From Octopus bimaculoides (Eukaryota): a stretch of DNA of 64,000 bases. The stretch lies in the NCBI RefSeq assembly GCF_001194135.2, contig NC_068987.1:109606982-109670981 (forward strand). Reading direction: 5' to 3'. The notes under the pieces are model-generated. The model saw only the letters and a list, made by a program, of their open reading frames with translations. It did no database searches and had not been told where the DNA came from. Position numbers and translations under genes: made by a program. Positions 52,968 to 64,000 of the stretch are shown here, piece after piece (the first letter of the stretch is position 1; each line of letters starts with the position of its first letter).

Positions 52968-54070
52968 TTTTTAAGGATCTAATATTTATGTATCGTGTTT
53001 TTTTAAGGTGGGAGAATGATATTTTAGTGAGATTTGACTGGTATTTCTTGCAGTCCAAAAGATTGTCATGTCTAGAAGAGCAAGGGCCATCGTAGTAGTA
53101 GTAGTAGTAATAATAGCAGGAAATAACACAGGGAGACTCAGTTACTTAATAAGTAATGATTTAATGATTTAATTAAGTAATTGTCATGTCAAAGCCAATA
53201 AATAAATAAATACTAAAGTAGAAAAAATATTTACAAAGCAAAAATATTTTGAATTTGATTTTTTACCGGATGGATTCAGACAGGGGTTGCTGCCATTCAT
53301 GGACGTAATAAATAAATTAAATACAATAAAATAAATAGCAGTGCCATCTGGTGACCGAGTGCAGCAATGAATGAATCTACTCAAAATACATTGATCAGCA
53401 AACACTATTGATATCAATTATTATGTTCGAAGGATTCTTCTAAGTGCTGCATAAACAACACTTTGTAATTTCTTCATTGGTCATGAATCAACGTTGAGGA
53501 ATAGCAGTACAGCAGCATAAGGGTGTAGAAGGATAGTTGTATGGCGATATACCGGTATGAATAGCATAGCAGTATAGTACGAATGGCAAAATAACAGTGC
53601 AGCAGATTAGATGCATAGTGGTACTGAGCATAAGAGGTCAGGTGACCGGCTGATCTGAATATCTCTTAGAAAATCGAAGACAAAAGCTTCGAAACATTCA
53701 GGTTCTACACCCAGATTATAAATTCACATTTTCACCAATGATAACAGGTGCACTTGATTTTGTTAATAAATGCTCAAGTAACGATCTCGAAAAGTGAGGC
53801 TTTCCAGAAAAAGAAATCAACCAGCTAACACGTACTTTGCAAATACAATCTGTAGAAATACATGATACTATTCTCAACCTCAACATGACATTGCTTTTGT
53901 TATCTACATTCTAATGATGAAATTTAGTATCTTTGTTAATGTGTGTGTGTGTGTGTGTGTGTGTGTGAGTGTGAACAAAAATATGCACACATACACACAC
54001 ATGTAATGGATGAGAAAAACAAGTAAAACAAGGTAGTCGATATAGAATGAAATGTTTCATTCCATATCGA

Positions 54071-54153
54071 CTACCTCTGATGAGCGCAGGGTTACATAAT
54101 CGTATTGTTACCTATCACTCTGTTGAATCCCTAGCGCGAAACTGATCGGTAAG
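54071..54153 (+). ncRNA. Hammerhead-like motif with long stem II loop
   Basis: CTGATGA-gcgcaggg...ccct(a)gcgc-GAAAC-tgatcg-GTA; stem I is weak. Confidence 0.5.
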
Positions 54154-54252
54154 ATCGGCCGTAATAGATATATAACACTCTATACTTCCGATATGTGTGT
54201 GTGTATGTGTGCGTGTGTGTATGTGTGCGTGTGTGTATGTGTGTGTGTAAAC

Positions 54253-54305
54253 GGTTCGTTGGTCTAGGGGTATAATTGTCGCTTAGGGTGCGAGAGGTCC
54301 CGGAC
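54253..54305 (+). pseudogene. tRNA-Pro(AGG) fragment lacking the T arm, fused to a SINE tail
   Basis: ggttcgttggtctaggggtataattgtcgcttAGGgtgcgagaggtcccggac is close to the conserved eukaryotic tRNA-Pro sequence. Confidence 0.75.
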
Positions 54306-54841
54306 TTAAGGCAGTGCCCCAGCATGGTAGCAGTCTAATTACTGAAGCTAGAAAAAAATGTAAAAAATAAGATATATATGTATATAAACATACTTATACA
54401 CACACGCGAGCGTGCACATACACGTGTGTATGTGTGAGTGTGTGCCTGTGTGTGCCTGTGTTGACGTTTACATTGCTTAAAAACCGGTGTTGTTGCTTAG
54501 TTCCCGTACATTAGCGGTTCGATAAATAGAATTAATAAAATAATGCCAGACTTAAATAAATAATGGAGTCGATATGATCGACAAAGTGTTTAAAGGCGGT
54601 GCTCTAGCATGGCCGCAGCCCTATGTCTGAAACCAATAAGCAAATAAAAGAATATAAGATTGTATATGTGTATGTGTATATAGGTGTGTGTAAATGTGTA
54701 TACATTCATGTATAATTTAAGAGATCGATCCGTATCAATTGACAACTGCTGAATGAATGGTTTAGTTCATTTAAATTTAACCACTGTGATTGGGCTATGG
54801 AATGAAGTAGAGGGTGTTTGTGTGTGTGCGTGAGAGAGAGA

Positions 54842-54900
<59 letters not shown>

Positions 54901-55038
54901 NNNNNNNNNNNNNNNNNNNNNNNNNNNNNNNNNNNNNNNNNNNNNNNNNNNNNNNNNNNNNNNNNNNNNNNNNNNNNNNNNNNNNNNNNNNNNNNNNNNN
55001 NNNNNNNNNNNNNNNNNNNNNNNNNNNNNNNNNNNNNN

Positions 55039-55092
<54 letters not shown>

Positions 55093-55217
55093 GAGAGTCG
55101 GACAGAGAGATAGGGAGAGAAAGAGAGAAAAGGAGGCAGACTGAGCGATGGGGAGAGAGAAAGAGAGACAGGCAGAGAGATTAGGAGAGAGAGGAAGAGA
55201 GGCAAACAGAGAGATGG

Positions 55218-55249
<32 letters not shown>

Positions 55250-56541
55250 GAGACCGATACATGGTGCTATGGATCCTCATTCAGCACAATAATTATTCTT
55301 GAAATTGTTGGCCGACATTTGATAGTTTAATTTTTACGTCTGAGCCTCCGTTTCATAGGTAGGCACGTCAATGGAGGATTCTGGTGCCCATCGATACCAT
55401 TGCTATCTACCAATGAGCCGATCAAGTCAACAGTTAACAGGTCGTTTGATCTGTTAGAAACAGCAGCTAAATCGCTCCACAAGTCGCATCCTACCGCCTT
55501 AAAAATTAGAAGAAAATGCTGGGATAATGAGGTTTTGGATACAGTCGGAATGTATTTGAGCTTAAACCTCTCCAATCACGTCTGACCGAGAGTCATACAA
55601 CAACAACAACAACAACAACAGTCAACGAATTGCTGAAGGAATCCTTACAAGGTTACTGAACATGCTAGAAATAGCAACCAAGTCTCCAACAACTCACACT
55701 CTTCCTTCGTTTTATGAATGAAAGAAAAAAATAATTGGATAATTTTATATACACTATGTCTGGAAACAGGGCAACATGACCAGGTTGGAATGAATTTGAC
55801 CATAAGTCTACTGGATCTGAGATGACCTGGTGTTAAAAGAAAAAAAAACAAAACAGAAATATAAAATATAAAAATAAACGTTGATATTGCCGCTTTCTCC
55901 ATCACCACCGCCACCGCCGCTGCTGCTGCTGCCGTCACCACCACCAACATCTACATCACTGCCACCGCCACTGCCAGTAAACACTAACCCCAGCGCAGAA
56001 TCCACCACCGACATACCACCGCTGCGGCCGCCACCACTGGACAATGTAACTCTATTATTAACTCTTCTGTACATAACGCGATCGCAATTGTGGGTGGTTT
56101 GGACATGTCGAGACAGGACGTGAAGCACTGATTTGATAACAGAGCCAAGCAATTTACGCAGCTACTACTACCACCACTACTACTACTACTACTACCACCA
56201 TCACCACCATCACCACCACCTACACCATCAGCATCACCAGCAGCGCCACCAGTCGCCGTCGTCGTGGTGATGCTTTCAATCGTTGCATCACTAGTCGTAC
56301 CCCGTTATACCTGATGCGTGTATGATATTGCCCTTTTGTTTCTTTCCTTTTTTTTCTTCAGTATAATACGGGTATAATACGGGTATTTAGGATTGTTACA
56401 TTTGTTTTGTTTTGCTGTGGTGGTGGTGATGGTGGTGGGGTTTGTTTTCTTTCTGGTTATTTGTTTCGTTGTTTCGCCGACTTGCGTAGATCATGTATGA
56501 GTTATGCGAATCGTGTTAAATATTTTGTTGGATTAGGATTA

Positions 56542-56605
<64 letters not shown>

Positions 56606-57941
56606 GTCACGTGGGTTGTGTTTTATGGTGATTGCATTGCGCAGAATATGTTCTGGTTTATTTTTCTTGACCCTAAGAACTGACAAGGTCTGCTACCCGG
56701 TTTCCATGCTCTATAGGTGAATGAGATTGCGGCATTTCCTCTGGAGTGGATGCAGGATTCAACGCCAGTAATTTGGAGGGGAGGGGCCAAGTCGATTACA
56801 TCGACCATACCGTGCTTGACTGGTTCTTTATTTTATCGACCCCAAAGTGATATTACGTGGCCCAGTGGTTAGGGTAGCGGACTCGCGGTCGGAGGATCGC
56901 GGTTCGATTCCCAGACCGGGCGTTGTGTGTGTGTTTATTGAGCGAAAACACCTAAAGCTACACGAGGCATCGGCAGGGGGTGGTGGCGACCCCTGTCGTA
57001 CTCTTTCGCCCCAACTTTCTCCCACTCTTTCTTCCTGTTTCTTGAGTAAAGCTGCGATGGACAGGCTGGGGTGGGGAACACATATGCCATAGAAACCGGG
57101 AAACCGGGCCAATGAGCCTGGCTAGGCTTTGAAAGGGCGAAAAAAAAGTGATATCACACAAAAGGCGAATGGTGCGAATATGGATAAGTTAAAGGGTATC
57201 GAGGNNNNNNNNNNNNNNNNNNNNNNNNNNNNNNNNNNNNNNNNNNNNNNNNNNNNNNNNNNNNNNNNNNNNNNNNNNNNNNNNNNNNNNNNNNNNNNNN
57301 NNNNNNNNNNNNNNNNNNNNNNNNNNNNNNNNNNNNNNNNNNNNNNNNNNNNNNNNNNNNNNNNNNNNNNNNNNNNNNNNNNNNNNNNNNNNNNNNNNNN
57401 NNNNNNNNNNNNNNNNNNNNNNNNNNNNNNNNNNNNNNNNNNNNNNNNNNNNNNNNNNNNNNNNNNNNNNNNNNNNNNNNNNNNNNNNNNNNNNNNNNNN
57501 NNNNNNNNNNNNNNNNNNNNNNNNNNNNNNNNNNNNNNNNNNNNNNNNNNNNNNNNNNNNNNNNNNNNNNNNNNNNNNNNNNNNNNNNNNNNNNNNNNNN
57601 NNNNNNNNNNNNNNNNNNNNNNNNNNNNNNNNNNNNNNNNNNNNNNNNNNNNNNNNNNNNNNNNNNNNNNNNNNNNNNNNNNNNNNNNNNNNNNNNNNNN
57701 NNNNNNNNNNNNNNNNNNNNNNNNNNNNNNNNNNNNNNNNNNNNNNNNNNNNNNNNNNNNNNNNNNNNNNNNNNNNNNNNNNNNNNNNNNNNNNNNNNNN
57801 NNNNNNNNNNNNNNNNNNNNNNNNNNNNNNNNNNNNNNNNNNNNNNNNNNNNNNNNNNNNNNNNNNNNNNNNNNNNNNNNNNNNNNNNNNNNNNNNNNNN
57901 NNNNNNNNNNNNNNNTATATATATATATGTATGTATGTATG

Positions 57942-57985
<44 letters not shown>

Positions 57986-58246
57986 GAGTAATCCCGCAAC
58001 TAACGCGGGTGCTACGTTCTAAAAACCCCCGCGATAGGTGAAAATCCGCGAAGTAGAAACAGTTCTGTACTGTATTTTGTAATCACTTTTATGATTTGTA
58101 TTTATTTATTTTATCATAAATGCAAAACAACACCACGGAGGAATCGATGTAAGCTTAAATAATAAACCGCGATAGGTGAACCGCGATAAGTGAACCGCGA
58201 TAGGTGAACCGCGATAGGTGAACCGCAATATGGTGAGGGATTACTG
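57986..58246 (+). mobile_element. Tigger/MER2-like MITE with internal 14-bp tandem aaccgcgataggtg x4-5
   Basis: agtaatccc...gggattactg-ta termini; partial inverted copy at about 61080-61162. Confidence 0.8.
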
Positions 58247-58911
58247 TATATATACTTTATCACAAACAATATTGTAACTCAAAATTTCCTCCTTAACGAA
58301 ATATACAGAAAACCCAGCGGTAATTGTTAGTGACTCACCTAGAGAAGGGGAGATAATAAAAAAGAGATTTAAGTCTCTAACAAGTAAACTTACATACTTG
58401 GGGTAGGGGAAGGAAATTCTGATGTTCGTAGACAAAGAACAACAGCTATGAACCTGTTACGGTCTAGTAGACCTCATCAGTGTAGTAAATTCTCTAATCA
58501 AGCTTGGCGATCAGCTGACAAAGATTTTTAGGATATAGATTAAACGCCGAGAGTAATTTTAGTTCAGTGTTTGGTCCCAAGTCAGCTATCATTGAGCATA
58601 ATTAAACCTTTATACACTCTTCTGCGTAAAAACACGCGCAGTAACGCATATACACGTAGCCACACATACGCACGTATACACCGAAAGATAGTTAAATAAT
58701 AACTATTATTAAAGGTTAAAGCTAGTTGTAGAATAAATAATGCATCCTAGTCTGGTACATAATAAAGCTGGCGGTTAAATGGTGGACAGATCGATTCTTC
58801 CCAATAGTACATTTTACGCCTTTTGTATCCATTCTTGCCAATATGTTTTTTCCATTCGAGATTTGTTTATGTAACTCCTCTAGGTTATTTAAACAAATAC
58901 ACACACACAAA

Positions 58912-58961
<50 letters not shown>

Positions 58962-59289
58962 NNNNNNNNNNNNNNNNNNNNNNNNNNNNNNNNNNNNNNN
59001 NNNNNNNNNNNNNNNNNNNNNNNNNNNNNNNNNNNNNNNNNNNNNNNNNNNNNNNNNNNNNNNNNNNNNNNNNNNNNNNNNNNNNNNNNNNNNNNNNNNN
59101 NNNNNNNNNNNNNNNNNNNNNNNNNNNNNNNNNNNNNNNNNNNNNNNNNNNNNNNNNNNNNNNNNNNNNNNNNNNNNNNNNNNNNNNNNNNNNNNNNNNN
59201 NNNNNNNNNNNNNNNNNNNNNNNNNNNNNNNNNNNNNNNNNNNNNNNNNNNNNNNNNNNNNNNNNNNNNNNNNNNNNNNNNNNNNNNNN

Positions 59290-59352
<63 letters not shown>

Positions 59353-59700
59353 TATATATACACACATATATTCATATTTATATATATATATATCTATGTA
59401 TATTATATATACATGTACACATGCGTGCGTGTATGTGTGTGCGCGTACATACACAGCCCATATATATCTACGATTAAATCAGTGTGTGCAAACACGACAA
59501 ACACACACACACGTACACAATGTATATGCAAACAGTTATACTTATGCATACATGTATGTGAGTGTGTGTGTGTGTACGCATATATACATACGCATATATA
59601 TATATTTAATCATTTATGTATACTTGTATGTAAATATACACATACAAACAGAAACATACAAACACACACGTGCACGCATACACACACATACACACACACT

Positions 59701-59747
<47 letters not shown>

Positions 59748-61407
59748 GCACACACGTTACATTCACCCAAGCGACTGAGTACATAAAAAAGGAAGAAAAA
59801 AAAGTGGGGACAAACGACAAGAACTGAATGCAACGCTAAAATATCCAAATAGCCAATGATATTGTTTAAGGAAACCTTTTAAATGTGCAAATATTGTAAA
59901 GCTGAGCCAAAGAAAACAAACAGACGCAGTGTTATTTTGGGTTACCAGGACGAAGGCATGCCGGGAAAAAGAAAGTTAGACTTTTCTGCTAGAAACACAT
60001 TGTCATAGATGCATGGCGCATGGCGGTGTCGATATCTATGTGTGTGGTCTTACGTTCCGAGTTCATATTCCGCCGAGGTCGACTTTGCTTTTCCTCCTTT
60101 TGGCGTCGATAAATTAAGTACCAGGGAAAACACTGGGGTCGATGTGATCGACTAGTGCCTCCTCCCGAATTCCAGGCCTTGTGCCTATAGTAGAAAGGAT
60201 ATCTGTGTGTGTGGTTTCACGTTCTGAGTTCAAATTCCGCCGAGGTCGATTTTGCCTTTCATCCTTTCAGGGTCGATAAATTAAGTACCAGTGAAACACT
60301 GGGGTTGATTTAATCGACTTAAACCGCTCCCTCGAAATCACTAGACTCGTGCTAAAATGTGAAACCAAAATTTATATTCTGTTATTTACAGCTTTGAAGT
60401 GTATTCTTCGAGATATTTCGCAAAAGAGTTTGTTCACGTTTCCTCGAAACTTTCCAAAATTCTTCTGACCAAAGGTATTTAAGTCTTTTATTTGTTTCCG
60501 CGAATGTGCTGAGACCATGCCGAGGCATCGGCCCTAGTATTTACTTTTTAAGTCTGGTACTTATTCTATCGGTATCTTGAACCGAACCACTAAGTTACAC
60601 GAACTTAGATAATCCAACACCGTTTGTCAAGCAGTGGAGGACAAACACACCACAAACACAAAGACACATACACACGCATACATATATGTATATACGCTGC
60701 GCTTCCATACAGTTTCCGTCAATCAATTCCACTTACAAAGCATTGATCAGCCCGATGCTACTGTAGAAGACACTTGCCCCGAGACAGCGTGCAATAGGAG
60801 TGAACCCCAAACCTCCTACTTTGCGGAGCAAGTTTCTTCACAACATCGCCTTGTCCACGCGTATAACCATGCCAGCGCCTATATGTAAATGAAAATGAAT
60901 GTGGAATGTAAACGCGGGCAAATGAAAGTTGGAAGCAATAAAATCCTATTATAGAAAATCAGTATAACTCAATAGCAAAGGGGTTTTTTTAAAGTCTGTA
61001 CATACTTTCACTTTTACACATAAACACACTCTGCGTTATATTCAGGCCAACTTTTTCTTCTCTGCAGGTTATATATACAGTAGTACTGTTTCTACTTCGC
61101 GGATTTTCAACTATCGCGGGGCGTTTTGGAACATAACACCCGCGATAGTCGAGAGATTACTATATATATATATTTAGATATACACTCTTTACTCTTTTAC
61201 TTGTTTCAGTCATTTGACTGTGGCCATGCTGGAGCACCGCCTTTAGTCGAGCAAATCGATCCCCAGGACTTATTCTTTGGAAGCCTGGTACTTATTCTAT
61301 CGGTCTCTTTTGCCGAACCGCTAAGTTACGGGGATGTAAACACACCACCATCGGTTGTCAAGCGATGTTGGGGGGACAAACACAGACACACAAACATATA
61401 TACACTC

Positions 61408-61490
<83 letters not shown>

Positions 61491-62342
61491 NNNNNNNNNN
61501 NNNNNNNNNNNNNNNNNNNNNNNNNNNNNNNNNNNNNNNNNNNNNNNNNNNNNNNNNNNNNNNNNNNNNNNNNNNNNNNNNNNNNNNNNNNATATATATA
61601 CGACGGGCTTCTTTCAGTTTCCGTCTACCAAATCCACTCACAAGGCTTTGGTCGGCCCGAGGCTATAGTGGAAGACACTTGCCCAAGGTGCCACGCGGTG
61701 GGACTGAACCCGGAACCATGTAGTTGGTAAGCAAGCTACTTACCACATTGCCACTCCCACATGTTCATACTTATTTAATTTAATCTTATGGAAAACAAAT
61801 ATTCACTGAATTTTATCGATGACTATCGATTGAATACTGGACACGTGACTCAGTATTGAATCGAAAGAATTTGTCATTAGAAGAAGATAAATATAATCTA
61901 TTATGTTCAGAGAAGATGTGGGTTCGAGTTCCACGGGTAGCCTTCGATTTTTTTCATCTAAAGATTTCGTTAATCCAGTATTCAACAAACTATTATCTAT
62001 AACTTAATCTACTTCGTGTTCCGCCGACAAAAACGATTATTTCATATTCGATAATAATGGATTTAAATTTTGGTACAAGACCAGCAAGATCGGGGGCAAG
62101 GGTATATCGATTACATCGATCCCAGAACTCAACTGGTACTTATTTTATCGACCCCAAAAGGAGTCGGCCTCAACGGAATTTGAATTCAGAACGAGAAGAC
62201 GGATGAAATGTTGATAAGCATTTTGCCCGGCGTGCTAACAATTTTGCCAGCTCGCCACCACCATAATAATAATGATAATGATAATAATAATAATAATGAT
62301 AATAATAATAATAATAATATTAATAATAATAATAATAATAAA

Positions 62343-63116
62343 CTAATACAAATAGCCACAAAACACGAGCAAAACAAAAAACTGTTTTCAGTATTTAAGG
62401 AAGCTGACAAATACAAACAAGAAATCAATCTACCTAACAAATACGAAGAAGAAGAAAAAGAAGAAACAACAAAAGCTATAAAACAAATGAAATCCAAACT
62501 AAAACTAGAGCAGCAACGGACCATGATAAAACGATGGCAAGAAAAGCCCCTACATGGTAAATACTGGGCTAAACTAAACTAACTACATAACAAGTAACTG
62601 TAGAATATGTGGAGATGGACAAGAAACAATAAATCATATTATATCTGGCTGCCCAGTCCTGGCTAAGAAGGAATATATTCACAGACACGACAGAGCTGGG
62701 ACCTATATACACTGGAAGCTATGCCAACACTATGGAATAACAACAGAAAAAAGATGGTATAAACACACNNNNNNNNNNNNNNNNNNNNNNNNNNNNNNNN
62801 NNNNNNNNNNNNNNNNNNNNNNNNNNNNNNNNNNNNNNNNNNNNNNNNNNAAAAACAGAAACAATTCCTATCATAGTAGGTGCCTTAGGTATAATAAAAA
62901 AATATTCAGACAAATACATAACAAAAACACCAGGACTTACAAATATATATAACATACAGAAAATTGCACTACTGGGTACTGCACACATTCTACGCAAAAC
63001 ACTTTCAATACAGTAAACATAAGAGCACCACAGCAAACCACAGCACATACCCAAGGCGCACAGAGCTGCGCTCGGTAGTGAAGTGAAAGCACGTTATAAA
63101 AATAAAACTACTGAAC

Positions 63117-63166
<50 letters not shown>

Positions 63167-63180
63167 TAATAATGATCATA
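62343..63180 (+). mobile_element. 5'-truncated Dong/R4-like (RLE) LINE within (AAT)n
   Basis: WQEKPLHG; CCHC finger CRICGDGQETINHIISGC; RHD; IIVGALG; QKIALLGTAHILRKTLSIQ*; (AAT)n on both sides. Confidence 0.9.
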
Positions 63181-63410
63181 ATTCAAAGCTTATAATGTGC
63201 GGATAGAGACCCTGTGAGACTTCTGACAGCAGACTGCTCTCTACTCTCACAGAATCTACCAGAGAAAACAAGACCGAGAGCTCTGAGAAGTTAAACGATA
63301 GTAAAGATCTGTGTGTGTGTGTGTGTGTGTGTATGTTTGTGTTTATACGTATGCGCGCACATATGTCTGTGTGTGTGTGTATCTATACACGTTTCCCGCT
63401 ATATATATCC

Positions 63411-63444
<34 letters not shown>

Positions 63445-64000
63445 ATGTATGTTGATGTTTGAGTATATTGTATGTGTGCTTGTGTTTATGCGTTCGCTTT
63501 TACACGCACCCACAAACACATACACACACACACACACTCATACATACACAGTACGTGTTATTCATCACTGGAGATTCCTTAACACAAGTTTGCTCAGTCA
63601 GGAATAACCTTGGGCTGAAAAACAAGAAACAGTTTTGAGCGAACAAGAATCCTCTGCATCATTGATAATCACCTTTTCTTTTTCTTATTTACACCTTTGG
63701 CTTGGTGGATGTTATTCCACCATTTCCCTGCTTATTCCCTTGCAAAAATATACGCTAAATAATCTCGCTCTATAAAAGACAATGTCACTAACAAAAGATG
63801 GCGTGATAGCGCTAGTGATTGTCATTATTTTAAAGTTTATAATAAATTTGAACACAAAGTTGGAGATTGTTCAGTTTTCTGTTATAACATCGACTGTTGT
63901 TCAGCAACAGTAATACGTACTTAGAAGACAAACGGCAGTCATCTTATTAATCCTTCCATTTTAAGTGCCTTAACATGTTTGGTTAAATATTTTCAAGAAG

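Noticed and set aside
61915-61960. T-arm/B-box-like gtgggttcgagttccac followed by a T run
   Set aside because: No D arm, A box or acceptor stem
1-64000. CRISPR arrays, rRNA or prokaryotic operons
   Set aside because: No repeat-spacer arrays or rRNA motifs; the sequence is eukaryotic intronic DNA
47824-64000. Further 5' TRPN1 coding exons
   Set aside because: No ankyrin-like exon with splice sites was found; they may be in gaps or beyond the window

Overview
AT-rich, microsatellite-dense animal genomic DNA with many N gaps. The repeat content suggests a coleoid cephalopod, probably Octopus (inference). The window is intronic plus coding sequence of one minus-strand gene, a TRPN1/NompC-like mechanosensory TRP channel. 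I traced 15 GT-AG, phase-0 exons (47823 down to 4841; 1770 nt, 590 aa, about 17 ankyrin repeats). The gene start and the transmembrane region were not found in the window, and two expected ankyrin exons could not be found. Introns contain tRNA-derived SINEs, CR1 and RTE LINE fragments, several (AAT)n-associated Dong/R4-like LINE ends, Penelope-like fragments with hammerhead ribozyme motifs, mariner/Tigger/hAT MITEs, a HINE-like element and an internally deleted Ty3/gypsy element with both LTRs. The most unusual items are a 258-bp TTAA-flanked TIR element carrying a tRNA-like Pol III cassette, hammerhead motifs that are intact only antisense to the gene, a 257-bp near-perfect palindrome, LINE tails abutting splice sites, and a candidate recursive splice site. 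Coordinates were read by eye: exon boundaries were checked for frame, repeat boundaries are approximate.
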